From an uncultured Acidimicrobiales bacterium (GTDB taxonomy: Bacteria > Actinomycetota > Acidimicrobiia > Acidimicrobiales > Aldehydirespiratoraceae), in the NCBI GenBank assembly GCA_958296055.1, contig CATQHS010000001.1, forward strand, positions 225,917 through 289,916: a stretch of 64,000 bases of DNA, given 5' to 3'. Shown here in pieces: positions 62,993 to 64,000 of this stretch; positions within the stretch are counted from its first letter, which is position 1, and each line of letters opens with the position of its first letter. Made by a program: the position numbers and the translations under genes. The notes beneath the pieces were generated by a model, which was not told the origin of the DNA, searched no databases, and saw only the letters and a program-made list of their open reading frames with translations.

Positions 62993-64000
62993 ATGACCGA
63001 TATCTCTAGCCATAGTCAAAGCGCTTCGCGGATTGCGGGCGACTACTATCAACACCTCATTGCCTGGAATGAAGCACTTGAAGCCCTGCGATCAGACAAC
63101 GATGTACTCGCTGTTACTGTTGAGCATCCAGATGCTGGAAACGTAGACGACATCGTTGTGCACAGGCGCACCGGTTCAACCCTCTTCATTCAAGTCAAAC
63201 ATGCAGTAGATGCCAGAACACCTGTTGGATACAAATGGTTACTCGGTTTAAGATCTTCAAACTCCAGAGCAACAAGCCTCCTGCAAAAATTCTATAGAAG
63301 TTGGATTCATCTTTCAAAATCGGACGAACGCCCCGAACTCCGGCTTATAACAGACCGAGAAATTGATCCTAATGACCCGGTTATGAGCCGAATTGATCGC
63401 ATGACAGGTTTACTAGTGCCTAATATCCGCCACGGCCGTGCGGCCGAAGGCCGAGCCCAATGGGCACAACACTTAGAAATTGACGAATGTGAACTCTTAG
63501 AATTTCTAGAGAATCTACGATTTGAGACCGGTCGACCAGTGAGAGCAGAAGAGCAACGCGCCAGGACGCTGATGTGGGCTATGGGTTTTAACAACGACCA
63601 ACGGGCTATAGACGCAGCTATCGGATTAGTGAGAGAGTGGGTTCTGCTAAGAGAGCGCCAACTCCAACCCGATATACTTCATAATTGGGCACGAAACCAC
63701 ATCGGACAGCAAACCGACCAAGGTGCAGTTGTCATCATAGATGCTATCGATTATGACCCTCACCCGGAAGACGCCGATGAACACATCTGCTTCGTTGACG
63801 ACTATCTAGGAAACGAGGCTTCCGAGAGGCGACAACTTCGCGACCCAACCCAATGGGACCGAATTGGTCAAGAGATTACACAAGCCTCAGATAGATTGCG
63901 CAATCGCGGCGTACGGCGTGTCATAGCCCGTGGAGCAATGCGCTTACCAGCCTGGTTTACTGTTGGCGCAGCTTTTCGCCATGTTCGTGGCTTTGAGATA
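62993..64000 (+). CDS. CBASS effector, Cap4-like (DUF4297 PD-(D/E)xK nuclease N-domain; probable SAVED sensor domain begins near window end); 3' end outside the window
   Basis: Absent from the ORF track because no stop occurs before the window end. The frame is open from ATG 62993 for 336 codons. The sequence MTDISSHSQSASRIAGDYYQHLIAWNEALEAL...VTVEHPDAGNVDDIVVH...LFIQVKH resembles the DUF4297 nuclease motif. Confidence 0.65.
   Translation, partial: MTDISSHSQSASRIAGDYYQHLIAWNEALEALRSDNDVLAVTVEHPDAGNVDDIVVHRRTGSTLFIQVKHAVDARTPVGYKWLLGLRSSNSRATSLLQKFYRSWIHLSKSDERPELRLITDREIDPNDPVMSRIDRMTGLLVPNIRHGRAAEGRAQWAQHLEIDECELLEFLENLRFETGRPVRAEEQRARTLMWAMGFNNDQRAIDAAIGLVREWVLLRERQLQPDILHNWARNHIGQQTDQGAVVIIDAIDYDPHPEDADEHICFVDDYLGNEASERRQLRDPTQWDRIGQEITQASDRLRNRGVRRVIARGAMRLPAWFTVGAAFRHVRGFEI

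Noticed and set aside
62867-63594. Minus-strand ORFs 62867..63055 and 63307..63594.
   Set aside because: They are antisense to the long open + frame encoding the Cap4-like effector.

Overview
This window is high-GC actinobacterial-type chromosome. The evidence is TCGAAC-N4-GTTCGA LexA boxes, a bL37 mini-gene and recA-miaB-miaA-dapF-hflX-dapC-dapD-dapE-lexA synteny. Positions 1-51 kb are mostly housekeeping or catabolic. They hold a LacI-controlled sugar-type ABC transporter, an M24 hydrolase / E1 alpha-beta / aldehyde dehydrogenase cluster, engB, ychF, a BMP-type nucleoside ABC operon, an Ior-like oxidoreductase, lgt, class II RNR nrdJ, the lysine (succinylase) pathway genes, msrB and several oxidoreductases. 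Three things interrupt this backbone. (i) A roughly 2.4 kb insertion carrying an N6-adenine DNA methyltransferase has displaced the original 3' end of engB. (ii) A roughly 90 bp palindromic repeat family has at least 4 copies; two flank an IS3 transposase remnant and one sits in frame inside an HNH/DUF222 gene. (iii) There are unusually many short tandem duplications at start codons, inside essential genes and at cistron junctions. From about 51 kb to the window end lies a compositionally mosaic defence island. It contains a DUF45 peptidase and a Type I R-M operon (hsdR, hsdM, a half-size hsdS). An AT-rich cassette spliced into that operon carries a second full-length hsdS and a TIR-like (PF10137-type) effector gene in the PrrC-like slot. 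A divergent AT-rich type II CBASS operon follows (CD-NTase, Cap2 E1/E2, Cap3 JAB, and a Cap4-like nuclease effector that runs off the window and is absent from the ORF track). I saw no rRNA, tRNA or CRISPR array. Many long ORFs in the track are GC-driven alternative-frame artefacts and were rejected.
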